A DNA stretch of 64,000 bases from an archaeon (GTDB lineage Archaea; B1Sed10-29; JAVZDC01). Positions 55,825-64,000 of the stretch are shown in pieces; the first letter of the stretch is position 1, and each line of letters starts with the position of its first letter. A program made the position numbers and the translations under genes. The stretch lies in contig JAVZDC010000002.1 of NCBI GenBank assembly GCA_038874115.1, positions 110,531 to 174,530 on the forward strand. The letters are read 5' to 3'. The notes beneath the pieces are model-generated. The model searched no databases. It saw only the letters and a list, made by a program, of their open reading frames with translations, and was not told the DNA's origin.

Positions 55825-58800
55825 GAATCTTTTTCTTATTATAAGAATTCCTAAAATTACTGCAATCAGGAAAGGTAAGAATTCTATCCCTTCAGGAACG
55901 CTTGGTAACTGAGCCAAGATGCTTGGTTTTTCAGAAGGTTTTGTTGGCCCACCGCCAGCTACTCTACTCGTGCCTAAGAAGTTTTGCATAGGTATTATTC
56001 CTCCCCCAGCCCAACCGCCTCCAAGAGTCTGGAAACTTGGGTTTAAGTTAAGTGGGAATTCATTACTAATCGATATTTTTCCTGATTCAGCATTGAATAT
56101 TATGGACCCTTGCGGGCTTCCAAACAACCATACTGGGAATGAACTAACAGGCTTTCCGTCTTTTGAAATTTCTACAACTGGTTCTCCGTTTGGTCCAGTT
56201 TTAACTTTTAATTCCATCCCATCGTCAAATTTTATTACCCCATCTTTTATCTCTTTTATATCATGACATTCTTCTTTGCCTTCTTTGTTCCAGCATAATT
56301 GATTATCTTTTATGTAAATAGATTCGTTTTTGTCTAATGAAACAATCCTGTCAAAGCACATTTCTTCCAACAATGCTTGCAGTTGAGCTCTTTCATCCGG
56401 GTCTCTTGTTTCAGCTACAAGTTTAAATCCTTTTAACCCATCAGTTTCGCAAGGATCTGTAATTCTCCAATTCTCAAAGTTTGTGCTTTCATCAACGTAT
56501 AAATCATAGAAGAATAAGTGCATTACATTCCTTCCATATGTTTTAGATTCTTCTTTTGCCCTGCCGATTACTGTTTTCTCGTTTTCAAACTCAATATAGC
56601 TTCTAGAGTCCATAGTAAATAAACAAGAACCTGCTTGTATGCTTCCATTCCTATAAACAGTTATTTCTTGGCCAACAGACAATACTTTTCCAAGCCCGTG
56701 AACTTCTTCTCCACATTTTGATTCTTTCAAAAATCTAACATAAAATCCATCTTTTTCTTTCCAAATGTACCCTTCTTTTGTGTTTATGAATTGGAATCCT
56801 CCAAAGGCGTTTTTAATTATTTTTTCTTTGTATGCTTCTTTTGCGTTTACTCCTCCAAACAATTTCAAAATAGCATTTTTAACGCAATCATTCTCGATAG
56901 TTACAGTATCATCAGAACGTATTTTGAATAATGTATCATCTTTCATGAATACGTTTATTACTTGGAGTGGTAATCCTAAATATCCTCGATCGTTGTGCCA
57001 TCTTAATCCTAATAACTCTGGCCCTTCAAGGATCAAATTACCCTTTTCATCATAAAGGTAATATCCTTTTCCTTCTATGCATTTGAATTTCCCTTCTTCT
57101 ACTTGTTGGCAAAATTGTATTGGGCAGTCTTCGCCAGTATTGAAGTCAAATATTGTGTCTGGATCAAAGTGGAATTGATAGATTTCAGGCATGAAATAAT
57201 TCATGTTGTTTGGAGGGTTTATTTTTCCTTGAATGTTTAAAATTTGAGTATAAGTAGATGCGCTCACAATCTCAGATATTTTATTTGCCGCTTCTGGTGC
57301 AAAGCCTTGGAGTAAAGTTCCTAAACTTTGTACTGCAGGTTTAAGTTGTGAAGATAATTGAGCTGTTAAGTCATCAGCCTCTTCCTTCAATTCTCCTCTG
57401 TCAACTTGTTGGAATGCTAAAAGAGAAAACTTAGTTTCTTTACATCTTTTTAAGCGTTCTAATCCTTCTGCTTTTGCTTCTTCATATTGTCTTTGGGCTT
57501 CATAAGACCATAGACTAGTAGCTATTGATGCAATTGTTGTAGCAGGTTTCACTATAGCTCCGACTCCACTGTACGTAGCTACCGTATCTACGCTTGTCGC
57601 AGCAAGGTCAGCTATAATGGCCGCATAGTACCATCCGAACTTCTCATCTACTTTTCCTTCAACATCCACAAGAGTTTTTTCACAATCTTCTCCAGATGCG
57701 TATGCTGCCAATGGATCAGAGATTGGCGCCCATCTAACTTCTTTCATATGTTCTGATATTTCTTGCATAACTCTACCTTGTTGTTGTAGACCAGCGGCAA
57801 TAGCGATAGCGACAAGTGCTCTTGATGCAGGAGTGATTCCTCCAAAGGTAGGTAGTGGGACTATAAAAGAGGTTAAAAGAATCGATTTTCCAACATCCCC
57901 CCAGTTAGGCATTTGTGCAGCCACTTTCGAAGCAGGTAATTGAGCCCAATCTTCTGTTGATGGGGCCCAACCACTCATGTTTACATTCGTGATATCCATC
58001 CCAATACTTGAGACAAACGTTTTTCCAAAATAGAATAAGCTCGATGGATGTTCATACAAATAATAAGCTGTTTCTAACGGATTTCCTACGGTAGCGAACA
58101 TTATTTTTCCCGGGCTTGCTTCTGTTATTCCGAAAACATTAAGTGGTCTTGCAGAAGTTAAAGCAGTTGTAAGTCCTTGTTCTTGGTCTGCTATAAAAAC
58201 ATAAGATTGCTTTCCACTTTGTACCTTTTGTGCAATTAATGGTATATCTTTCCATTCAATACCAAATACAAGGTTAGTGGATTTTATCCAAGCACTTGGA
58301 GGTCTGAAATCTTCTCCTTCAATTCCATCTTCGGCAGCATATTTTAGTTTTGTTACAACGATGTCAAGATATGAAGATTGATTTATGAGTTTTCGAGTAG
58401 GAGTTAACTCAAATTCTAAAGCATGAACTAATATTTCTCCTTTTGGTTCTTGGGTAAGAGCCCAAGCTCCAACAAGCAACATTGCAGCTCTGTGCATCAA
58501 AGCTTGAGCATGCGCCAGAGTTAAAGCGTTTAGCACATACCTACCTCCATTTATCAGGAACGTCACCCCAGCTCTGTAAAGACCTTCCTCAGCTTTAATG
58601 ATTATACCCTTTTTCGTACCTTTTTCAACTTCTAGATACCTGCTCAAATCGATAGTTTTCTTTCCTATAGAAATTTTAGATCTCCCTTCAGCAATGAGTT
58701 TTATCTCTTCATCCGATGGTTGCTCAATTATTTTTCTAACAAATTTGAGTCTAGGGTCCTTCACCAACCCACCCTCAGAGTTTTTCAGTTCCGATATATA

Positions 58801-60126
58801 ACCTTGTATTTTGTCCAAGCAACCTTCTTTAACACAAAATTCTTTCTCATATTCTCCTACGAGTCCATTTTCTATAGCATTTTTCATATCCTTTGGCATC
58901 TTTCCTTCTTTTATAAGCTCTTGTAGTTCTTTTTCAGATAGCCCTAATTCTTTTTCTGTTAGTGTTTTTATTCCTGAATACTCTACAAAAGCCTTTTCCA
59001 TAAGCTTATCATTATTTTTAAGCTCTTCTTCCAAACTCGTCATTTCTTTTTCCAACCTGGAAAGCCTCCATTTACCAATCCGCCCCAACTTCCCCGATCC
59101 TTCAAGTTCTTTCAATCCTTTTACTTTTTCACTAATCTCCATGTACTTTTTAGCCTGTGCTGCAATACCAGACTTTGTAACAGTCGTCCCCTTTTTCATC
59201 CCTCCTTTCAAAGAGGCAAACCCAACAGCAGTGCTTACCCATCCAGCAATTTCAGCATATTCTTCCAACCCTGCTTTTCCAGCAAGGAAATGAGTATAAG
59301 CTAATAGAGTTTTTGGTATCAAAAATCCAAAATCCATTTGAGAAAGAAGTCCAGTTGTTCTATTGCTTTCAATTATGTTCATCCTTCCTGTTTGTTGTAT
59401 GTCCATTATTTTTGTCGATAAATCCATTATTGCCATTGCAGCTTTATCTTTTTCCCCTCCTTTTATAGCATTCATGCTTTCTTCATATATTTCTTTATAC
59501 TGTTCTTTCCACCCGCTTTCACTCCATGCTCTCTCCAAATCTTGTTCTGAATTCTTTTCTATTGCGTTTAGCAATGCTTGGATTTTTCCATAATTCTGAG
59601 CATTTGTTTCTTTCTGAGCTTCACTTAAGTATCCATTTTCACAAGCAGGGTCATGAATTTCAGAACAGATTCTTGTATTCCAATCTATTTTTCCAGCAAA
59701 GCTTATTGCTCCCCTATAAAAAGCATCAGTAAGGTAACATTGAGACCCAGCAGGAACTATCTTATGTTGAAGAGTATCAAAAAGGAGTATTGGCTTTCCT
59801 CCAGGACCAAGAATAAATAAGTCCTTTACATTATTTACAGAAGAATCAGGAGAAACGCCTGCTTTATTATATGTATCTGCTCTTTTTTGAGCTTCCGTAT
59901 TTCCATAAAAGTCAATAGTTATCGAATTATTCAAAAGCCTTTCATATTCGCTCGCATTCAATGTGACAATCTCAACTTCCTTTTCACAATTTTGTACATT
60001 TTTTATTTTATACATCGAAGTAATATTAATCTCTTTTGAAATTGCAAAACTTATCGGTTCTAACGTTGAGAAAAATAATATTCCAAAAAACAAAATCGCT
60101 ATTAATTTATCTCGCATATCTTCCAA
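55801..60126 (-). CDS. giant (1441 aa) secreted/surface protein with C-terminal PEF/PGF-CTERM-like sorting signal
   Basis: N-terminal signal/TM (LIAILFFGILFFSTLEPISFA); no recognised catalytic domain; C-terminus PSVPEGIEFLPF-LIAVILGILII-RKRF (motif, TM helix, basic cluster); GC above local background. Confidence 0.8.
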   Translation of the reverse strand: MEDMRDKLIAILFFGILFFSTLEPISFAISKEINITSMYKIKNVQNCEKEVEIVTLNASEYERLLNNSITIDFYGNTEAQKRADTYNKAGVSPDSSVNNVKDLFILGPGGKPILLFDTLQHKIVPAGSQCYLTDAFYRGAISFAGKIDWNTRICSEIHDPACENGYLSEAQKETNAQNYGKIQALLNAIEKNSEQDLERAWSESGWKEQYKEIYEESMNAIKGGEKDKAAMAIMDLSTKIMDIQQTGRMNIIESNRTTGLLSQMDFGFLIPKTLLAYTHFLAGKAGLEEYAEIAGWVSTAVGFASLKGGMKKGTTVTKSGIAAQAKKYMEISEKVKGLKELEGSGKLGRIGKWRLSRLEKEMTSLEEELKNNDKLMEKAFVEYSGIKTLTEKELGLSEKELQELIKEGKMPKDMKNAIENGLVGEYEKEFCVKEGCLDKIQGYISELKNSEGGLVKDPRLKFVRKIIEQPSDEEIKLIAEGRSKISIGKKTIDLSRYLEVEKGTKKGIIIKAEEGLYRAGVTFLINGGRYVLNALTLAHAQALMHRAAMLLVGAWALTQEPKGEILVHALEFELTPTRKLINQSSYLDIVVTKLKYAAEDGIEGEDFRPPSAWIKSTNLVFGIEWKDIPLIAQKVQSGKQSYVFIADQEQGLTTALTSARPLNVFGITEASPGKIMFATVGNPLETAYYLYEHPSSLFYFGKTFVSSIGMDITNVNMSGWAPSTEDWAQLPASKVAAQMPNWGDVGKSILLTSFIVPLPTFGGITPASRALVAIAIAAGLQQQGRVMQEISEHMKEVRWAPISDPLAAYASGEDCEKTLVDVEGKVDEKFGWYYAAIIADLAATSVDTVATYSGVGAIVKPATTIASIATSLWSYEAQRQYEEAKAEGLERLKRCKETKFSLLAFQQVDRGELKEEADDLTAQLSSQLKPAVQSLGTLLQGFAPEAANKISEIVSASTYTQILNIQGKINPPNNMNYFMPEIYQFHFDPDTIFDFNTGEDCPIQFCQQVEEGKFKCIEGKGYYLYDEKGNLILEGPELLGLRWHNDRGYLGLPLQVINVFMKDDTLFKIRSDDTVTIENDCVKNAILKLFGGVNAKEAYKEKIIKNAFGGFQFINTKEGYIWKEKDGFYVRFLKESKCGEEVHGLGKVLSVGQEITVYRNGSIQAGSCLFTMDSRSYIEFENEKTVIGRAKEESKTYGRNVMHLFFYDLYVDESTNFENWRITDPCETDGLKGFKLVAETRDPDERAQLQALLEEMCFDRIVSLDKNESIYIKDNQLCWNKEGKEECHDIKEIKDGVIKFDDGMELKVKTGPNGEPVVEISKDGKPVSSFPVWLFGSPQGSIIFNAESGKISISNEFPLNLNPSFQTLGGGWAGGGIIPMQNFLGTSRVAGGGPTKPSEKPSILAQLPSVPEGIEFLPFLIAVILGILIIRKRFSAQNLQS

Positions 60127-60697
60127 CCTTTTTAGTACTTCTCTTAAACCTCCACACCACGATTAATCCAGTAATTATTGCACTTAATATTACTATCGCA
60201 ATTATATTTTCAGTGAGAAATCCTCCTTTTATTTCCTCGTATAAAATTAAATCATAGCCATCGAATAAACCAACGAATTTCCCCCCAGTCATATAACTAC
60301 AATTATAACTTGTAGCATTTTCCTCTCTTTCAAGAATCTTGCATTTTTTAAAGTCTACTAATTCTGGAGCAAGATAAAACTCATCGATGTCTGAAGCCGG
60401 AATCGTAAAACTTTCTCTCGAAGTTTTGTTAGCTTTAAGAGACTTAACCAAAAAATTCCAAGAAATTTCCGTAGGTTCTAATATTTTACCTTCTGCTACG
60501 CACCCAATCTCTGATCCTTCAATTTTTGTACAAGTTACAGAATTCAACTCAACGCTTACAGTTATATTGCCTAATTCAGGGCAATATATGTTATCAGAAT
60601 CATTAAAGCAGATATCTTCAACTAATAAATCCATCGCACTTTTGCTCTGCGCAAAACATATTCCAATAAGAAACATCAACAAAATGTATTTTTTCAT
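60107..60697 (-). CDS. secreted protein with signal peptide and C-terminal TM anchor + basic tail (196 aa)
   Basis: N-terminus MKKYILLMFLIGICFAQS, several Cys pairs, C-terminus IIAIVILSAIITGLIVVW-RFKRSTKK; overlaps the start of the giant gene by 20 nt. Confidence 0.65.
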   Translation of the reverse strand: MKKYILLMFLIGICFAQSKSAMDLLVEDICFNDSDNIYCPELGNITVSVELNSVTCTKIEGSEIGCVAEGKILEPTEISWNFLVKSLKANKTSRESFTIPASDIDEFYLAPELVDFKKCKILEREENATSYNCSYMTGGKFVGLFDGYDLILYEEIKGGFLTENIIAIVILSAIITGLIVVWRFKRSTKKVGRYAR

Positions 60698-61155
60698 TAT
60701 CCCAAACCCATATCAATTAATATTAACTGCAGCAAGATTTTTAAAAATATTGCAAAAACAGCCCAAAAAATTAAACTTACAAAGAGACAAACAAGCAAAA
60801 TCTTTAATATTCTATTTATTTTCCACTCTATTTTCGAATAAACCCAAGAACCAAGAAACGTGAAAGGCAAGCATATGAGAGAACAAATTATGAGTGCAGG
60901 TATGAAGGAAGCTTCTAAAGAAAATCCGTAAAATAGTGCATAATATATTCTTAAGATTATTGCTCCAATTGCAACTCCGATAAAAGTTAATAAAACGTTT
61001 TTTAAAATTTTATTTTTTATATTTTTCCCTAATTCTGCACACATTATCGCTATTACCCAAGAGAAGATTCCAGTTAAAAGTACGACAGTTGGAAAAGTTA
61101 AAGGATTAAAACCAAAAAGCAAGATTGTTAACCCTAAGTATGAAAGTGGATCCAT
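60697..61155 (-). CDS. small polytopic membrane protein with conserved Cys (candidate sorting/processing enzyme, family unknown)
   Basis: 152 aa, ~4-5 TM helices, contains ALIICSLICLPF and WKINRILK; first gene of the three-gene operon ending in the giant protein. Confidence 0.5.
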   Translation of the reverse strand: MDPLSYLGLTILLFGFNPLTFPTVVLLTGIFSWVIAIMCAELGKNIKNKILKNVLLTFIGVAIGAIILRIYYALFYGFSLEASFIPALIICSLICLPFTFLGSWVYSKIEWKINRILKILLVCLFVSLIFWAVFAIFLKILLQLILIDMGLG

Positions 61156-61203
61156 GTTTTTAAAAAAGATAATTTAATATATATACATTTTGTTATTACA
61201 TGC

Positions 61204-62145
61204 ATGTTTGATATTTTTTGGTACTCAGCTTATGCATTTTTCTTACTAGGAAGTACAAGTTTCGGTTATTTTATTCTCAGATTTGCTTTTCCAGAAATAA
61301 GAGCAACGTCAAAGGAACATAAAACTGGCTTTTCAATAATCTTGGGAACAGGGGTTTTTGTTGTAAGTGCTTTGGTCAGCCTTCTTTTGGGCCAGATTCT
61401 TCTCCCGGTCTTAATGCTTGTTTTTACTTTCGTCTCAATAGGTTTGGCTTATTTTAAAGTAATCTTTTTTGCCCCAAACGTTGTGCGCGTTGCTATCCCT
61501 CAAGCAAGAATAGCGCCTGCTGAAGCACCTAAAACTCCTAAAGAAGAAAGATTGGAAGAAGAACTTGAAAAAATTAAGGCTGAGGAAAAACATGAAGAAT
61601 TAAAGGAAGAAAAGAAACCGGAAGGAGTGAAAGAAGAAATAAAAATTGAGGAAAAATATGCTGCTTTGCTTGATGTTTTAAAGAAAAAGAAAATTGAAAA
61701 GGTTGAAGAAAAACCGTTAGAGGTTCCAAAACCGGTTGAAGAAGTAAGGCCGCGTGGAAGAGAAAGATACATGAGAAAAAGAGAAGAATTAAAGAAAGAA
61801 TCGATGTTGGAAGAGGCTAAGAGAAGCATATCTTATGAAGAGCCTTCATCTTTAACCGTTTCAGATCTACCTTCAGTTACTTTGGAAGATTTAGGTATTT
61901 CTTTTGAGTCTGAAGAAATGAAGACTTTAGAAGACCTTGCTGGTTTAGTTTCTGAAGAAAAAATAGAAAAAGAAAAAACTCCTAGATGTCCAAACTGCCA
62001 TGCAATAACTTCCACTATAATTTATTGTCCTTATTGTGGAAAACCTTTCTGTTCAAACTGTGCTTTAACCGTTAAAACAAGAGGAAATTTGATTTTTTAT
62101 TCTTGCCCGCACTGTAAAAAAGAAGTTATAATGAAAAAAGAATAA
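61204..62145 (+). CDS. membrane protein with Lys/Glu-rich linker and C-terminal double zinc ribbon
   Basis: 313 aa; N-terminal TM helices, long charged linker, C-terminus CPNC…CPYCGKPFCSNC…CPHC. Confidence 0.6.
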   Translation: MFDIFWYSAYAFFLLGSTSFGYFILRFAFPEIRATSKEHKTGFSIILGTGVFVVSALVSLLLGQILLPVLMLVFTFVSIGLAYFKVIFFAPNVVRVAIPQARIAPAEAPKTPKEERLEEELEKIKAEEKHEELKEEKKPEGVKEEIKIEEKYAALLDVLKKKKIEKVEEKPLEVPKPVEEVRPRGRERYMRKREELKKESMLEEAKRSISYEEPSSLTVSDLPSVTLEDLGISFESEEMKTLEDLAGLVSEEKIEKEKTPRCPNCHAITSTIIYCPYCGKPFCSNCALTVKTRGNLIFYSCPHCKKEVIMKKE

Positions 62146-62147
62146 AT

Positions 62148-62516
62148 TCATTCTAATACGTAGAAAGGTTCGACCTCTACTTCTATTCCAAAACCAGGAC
62201 CCAAATCCTTAAATTTCTTTACTATCCCTACGTTTATGTATTTTATTTGGATTCTTGTTGTTAAAACTTCTTTTTCATCAAACTCTTCAGGGACGGTTCT
62301 CCAATAATCGGTTTTTACATTAACAACTTGACCTATTATTCCCTCGGTTCCTTTTGAAATGTCTGCTTTGCTTACGTTTGTTATAAATATCGAATCCCCT
62401 TTCTTTATTTTCTGAGAAGTTATTACATGGTCCGTACACGTTAGCTCAAATGTTTTAATTTTTAATCTTCTTAAATCTTGCATTTCAGGCCAAGATATCG
62501 CAAACAAGGCAAACAT
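62148..62516 (-). CDS. hypothetical protein (122 aa)
   Basis: ORF without recognised motifs; true start possibly at the internal MQDLRRL. Confidence 0.45.
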   Translation of the reverse strand: MFALFAISWPEMQDLRRLKIKTFELTCTDHVITSQKIKKGDSIFITNVSKADISKGTEGIIGQVVNVKTDYWRTVPEEFDEKEVLTTRIQIKYINVGIVKKFKDLGPGFGIEVEVEPFYVLE

Positions 62517-62520
62517 TTTT

Positions 62521-63240
62521 TCACCCGTACATTGAAGGAATAAGTTCTTCTTTTGGTTCTTTTCTAACCTTCATTTTCTGTAACATTTTTATTTTTTGTT
62601 CAATTTCTGCTTCAGCTTGCTCTAAAGCTTTAATATTAAATTGAATTCCTAAATATTCTCCTGCTTTTTTCAAAAGTTTTGCAGCCCCTCTCGGATCTGC
62701 AGGATATTCGGAGTGACTTTCAATTATTAGATTTAAAGCCTTTAAATTTGCCAAACTAAGTTTTAAAAGCAGTACACCAACAAAACCAGTAATTATGCCT
62801 TCTGAAATTATATCCACATTAATCTTCTTTAATTCTTTCTTTAATTCTTCATTTGTTGCAACTCCGAAAATTCTATCCCCTTCAGAACTCATTCCAGATA
62901 AAAGTAAAACTTCTTTAATCTTATTTTTTTGACAAAACTCCACGATTTTATTTGCTAAAACTTCAGAGTAATTAATTGGGATCGATTGTTCAGATAAAAG
63001 TACGCATAGTTTCTCTTTGGGATCATGATAAATTCTTATTGAAGGCAAAGGTTTTCCTTCATATATCCCAACATAATTTGTAATCCCTTCGATTTCCAAG
63101 AAACCAACGTATTCCATTTTTCTCTCATCAACCATATGTCCTGTAGCCAAAGTAGAAACTAACCCAACTCCTGGAAAAGCAGCGACAAGAGTGTGTCCTT
63201 CCAAGTTAACTTTTTTTATTAATTTTATCTCTAAAAGCAT
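62521..63240 (-). CDS. PAC2-family proteasome assembly chaperone
   Basis: 239 aa; N-terminal LVAAFPGVGLVSTLA glycine-rich motif typical of PAC2/DUF75; C-terminus …PSMYG resembles an HbYX proteasome-docking motif. Confidence 0.65.
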   Translation of the reverse strand: MLLEIKLIKKVNLEGHTLVAAFPGVGLVSTLATGHMVDERKMEYVGFLEIEGITNYVGIYEGKPLPSIRIYHDPKEKLCVLLSEQSIPINYSEVLANKIVEFCQKNKIKEVLLLSGMSSEGDRIFGVATNEELKKELKKINVDIISEGIITGFVGVLLLKLSLANLKALNLIIESHSEYPADPRGAAKLLKKAGEYLGIQFNIKALEQAEAEIEQKIKMLQKMKVRKEPKEELIPSMYG

Positions 63241-63275
63241 AATTAATTAAAAGGGATTTATTTAAAAACTTTTAC

Positions 63276-63944
63276 TTAAACTTTTATTGTTTGGGCTAAA
63301 GAAAATATTATTTGAGTTATTGGGACCAAAAATATCAAATAAATTAAAAACTTATTCTTTCTTCCATCGATAAAGCTTAAAAAGGCCGAGGTTATAACTG
63401 CATAAAATCCTAAATAAATTCTATTTCCAAGTACTATATTTTCTATAACCCCTTCAGAAATTGAGAAATCGTCTAGTCCGGAAAAATCAAGTTGAGATAC
63501 GATTGAGAGCATTAAACCAAGTATGGTTGGAACTAAAATGCATCCAGCAAGCAAAGTTAGCTTTTCAATAGTTAAAATGCTTTTTCTTTGATTTTGGATT
63601 TTTATATACTCTGAAATTTCATCAGCACAACTTTTCAATGCTTTTGAAATGTCTGCCCCAGTTGAATATCCAGATATTAAGATGTCAAGAGCTCTTTTAA
63701 AATATTCAGACTTAGTTTCTTCCCTGATTTGCATTAGAGCTTTATCTACCGATTCTCCTTTCGAAACTCTGATAAAAGCTTTGTTAAATTCTTTTCCAAT
63801 CTCCCCTTCCTTCCCCAAATTCTTTAAAACATCTTCAAAAGGCAAAAAAGTTGAAAGTGCAGCTGCAGCATACAATGTACCAACAAGTTCTTTTTCCAAT
63901 TTTTCTATCTTCCCAATTTCTTTAAGGGTTTCCATAAATTGCAA
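63276..63944 (-). CDS. T2SS-F-domain (FlaJ/TadB-like) membrane protein, single domain
   Basis: 222 aa; cytoplasmic helical N-domain followed by TM helices, the GspF/TadB-like architecture. Weak call. Confidence 0.45.
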   Translation of the reverse strand: MQFMETLKEIGKIEKLEKELVGTLYAAAALSTFLPFEDVLKNLGKEGEIGKEFNKAFIRVSKGESVDKALMQIREETKSEYFKRALDILISGYSTGADISKALKSCADEISEYIKIQNQRKSILTIEKLTLLAGCILVPTILGLMLSIVSQLDFSGLDDFSISEGVIENIVLGNRIYLGFYAVITSAFLSFIDGRKNKFLIYLIFLVPITQIIFSLAQTIKV

Positions 63945-64000
63945 TCGACATCACCAATAAATTTAAAACAGGGAATATAACTGCAGGAATCAAGAATGCA

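Noticed and set aside
40975-63944. Prepilin peptidase (FlaK/PibD/EppA, A24 family) within the pilus island
   Set aside because: No polytopic protein with the two catalytic Asp motifs was recognisable; the small membrane proteins at 52133 and 60697 do not show a GxGD-type motif. The peptidase is presumably encoded elsewhere.
1-64000. Possible CRISPR array or cas genes
   Set aside because: No run of regularly spaced direct repeats of 25-40 nt was seen, and no Cas-like protein appears in any frame.
1-64000. Mobile elements (transposase, integrase, IS inverted repeats) or prophage flanking the tRNA genes
   Set aside because: No integrase/transposase-like translation was found in any frame, and no obvious duplicated tRNA 3' fragments (att-like repeats) were noticed near the tRNA clusters; a short direct repeat could have been missed by eye.
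1-64000. rRNA genes
   Set aside because: No extended GC-rich structured region of rRNA size; the only GC-rich islands are the tRNAs and a few coding stretches.

Overview
AT-rich archaeal chromosomal fragment (split rpoB, archaeal rpoH-to-rps10 gene order, intron-containing tRNAs). All calls are from reading the six-frame translations and the DNA by eye; no database search or folding was run. The window splits into two parts. (1) About 1-37.7 kb is a conserved core region: the partial rtcB/archease pair, the complete rpoH-rpoB''-rpoB'-rpoA'-rpoA''-rpl30e-nusA-rps12-rps7-EF2-EF1a-rps10 cluster, cysS, tyrS, ppsA, tatD, trm5, map, polB and eleven tRNAs (two with introns), plus one 1282-aa glycosylation-sequon-rich beta-helix surface protein. 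(2) About 38.4-61.2 kb is a dense cell-surface island with no recognisable homologues of characterised enzymes except a secretion ATPase and its membrane platform. It holds a type-IV-pilus-like assembly operon (FlaI/VirB11-type ATPase, FlaJ/TadC-like platform, at least seven proteins with class-III KGQ-type prepilin-like N-termini), a 1569-aa adhesin-like giant protein, and an array of eight small membrane proteins, four of which are paralogues ending in cationic amphipathic peptide-like tails. A second giant 1441-aa protein has a PEF/PGF-CTERM-like C-terminal sorting signal and is co-transcribed with a small polytopic Cys-containing membrane protein. I consider this surface island the most likely candidate for an undescribed system, probably a cell-cell or host attachment apparatus; that interpretation is inference. 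No CRISPR array, rRNA, transposase or integrase was found.
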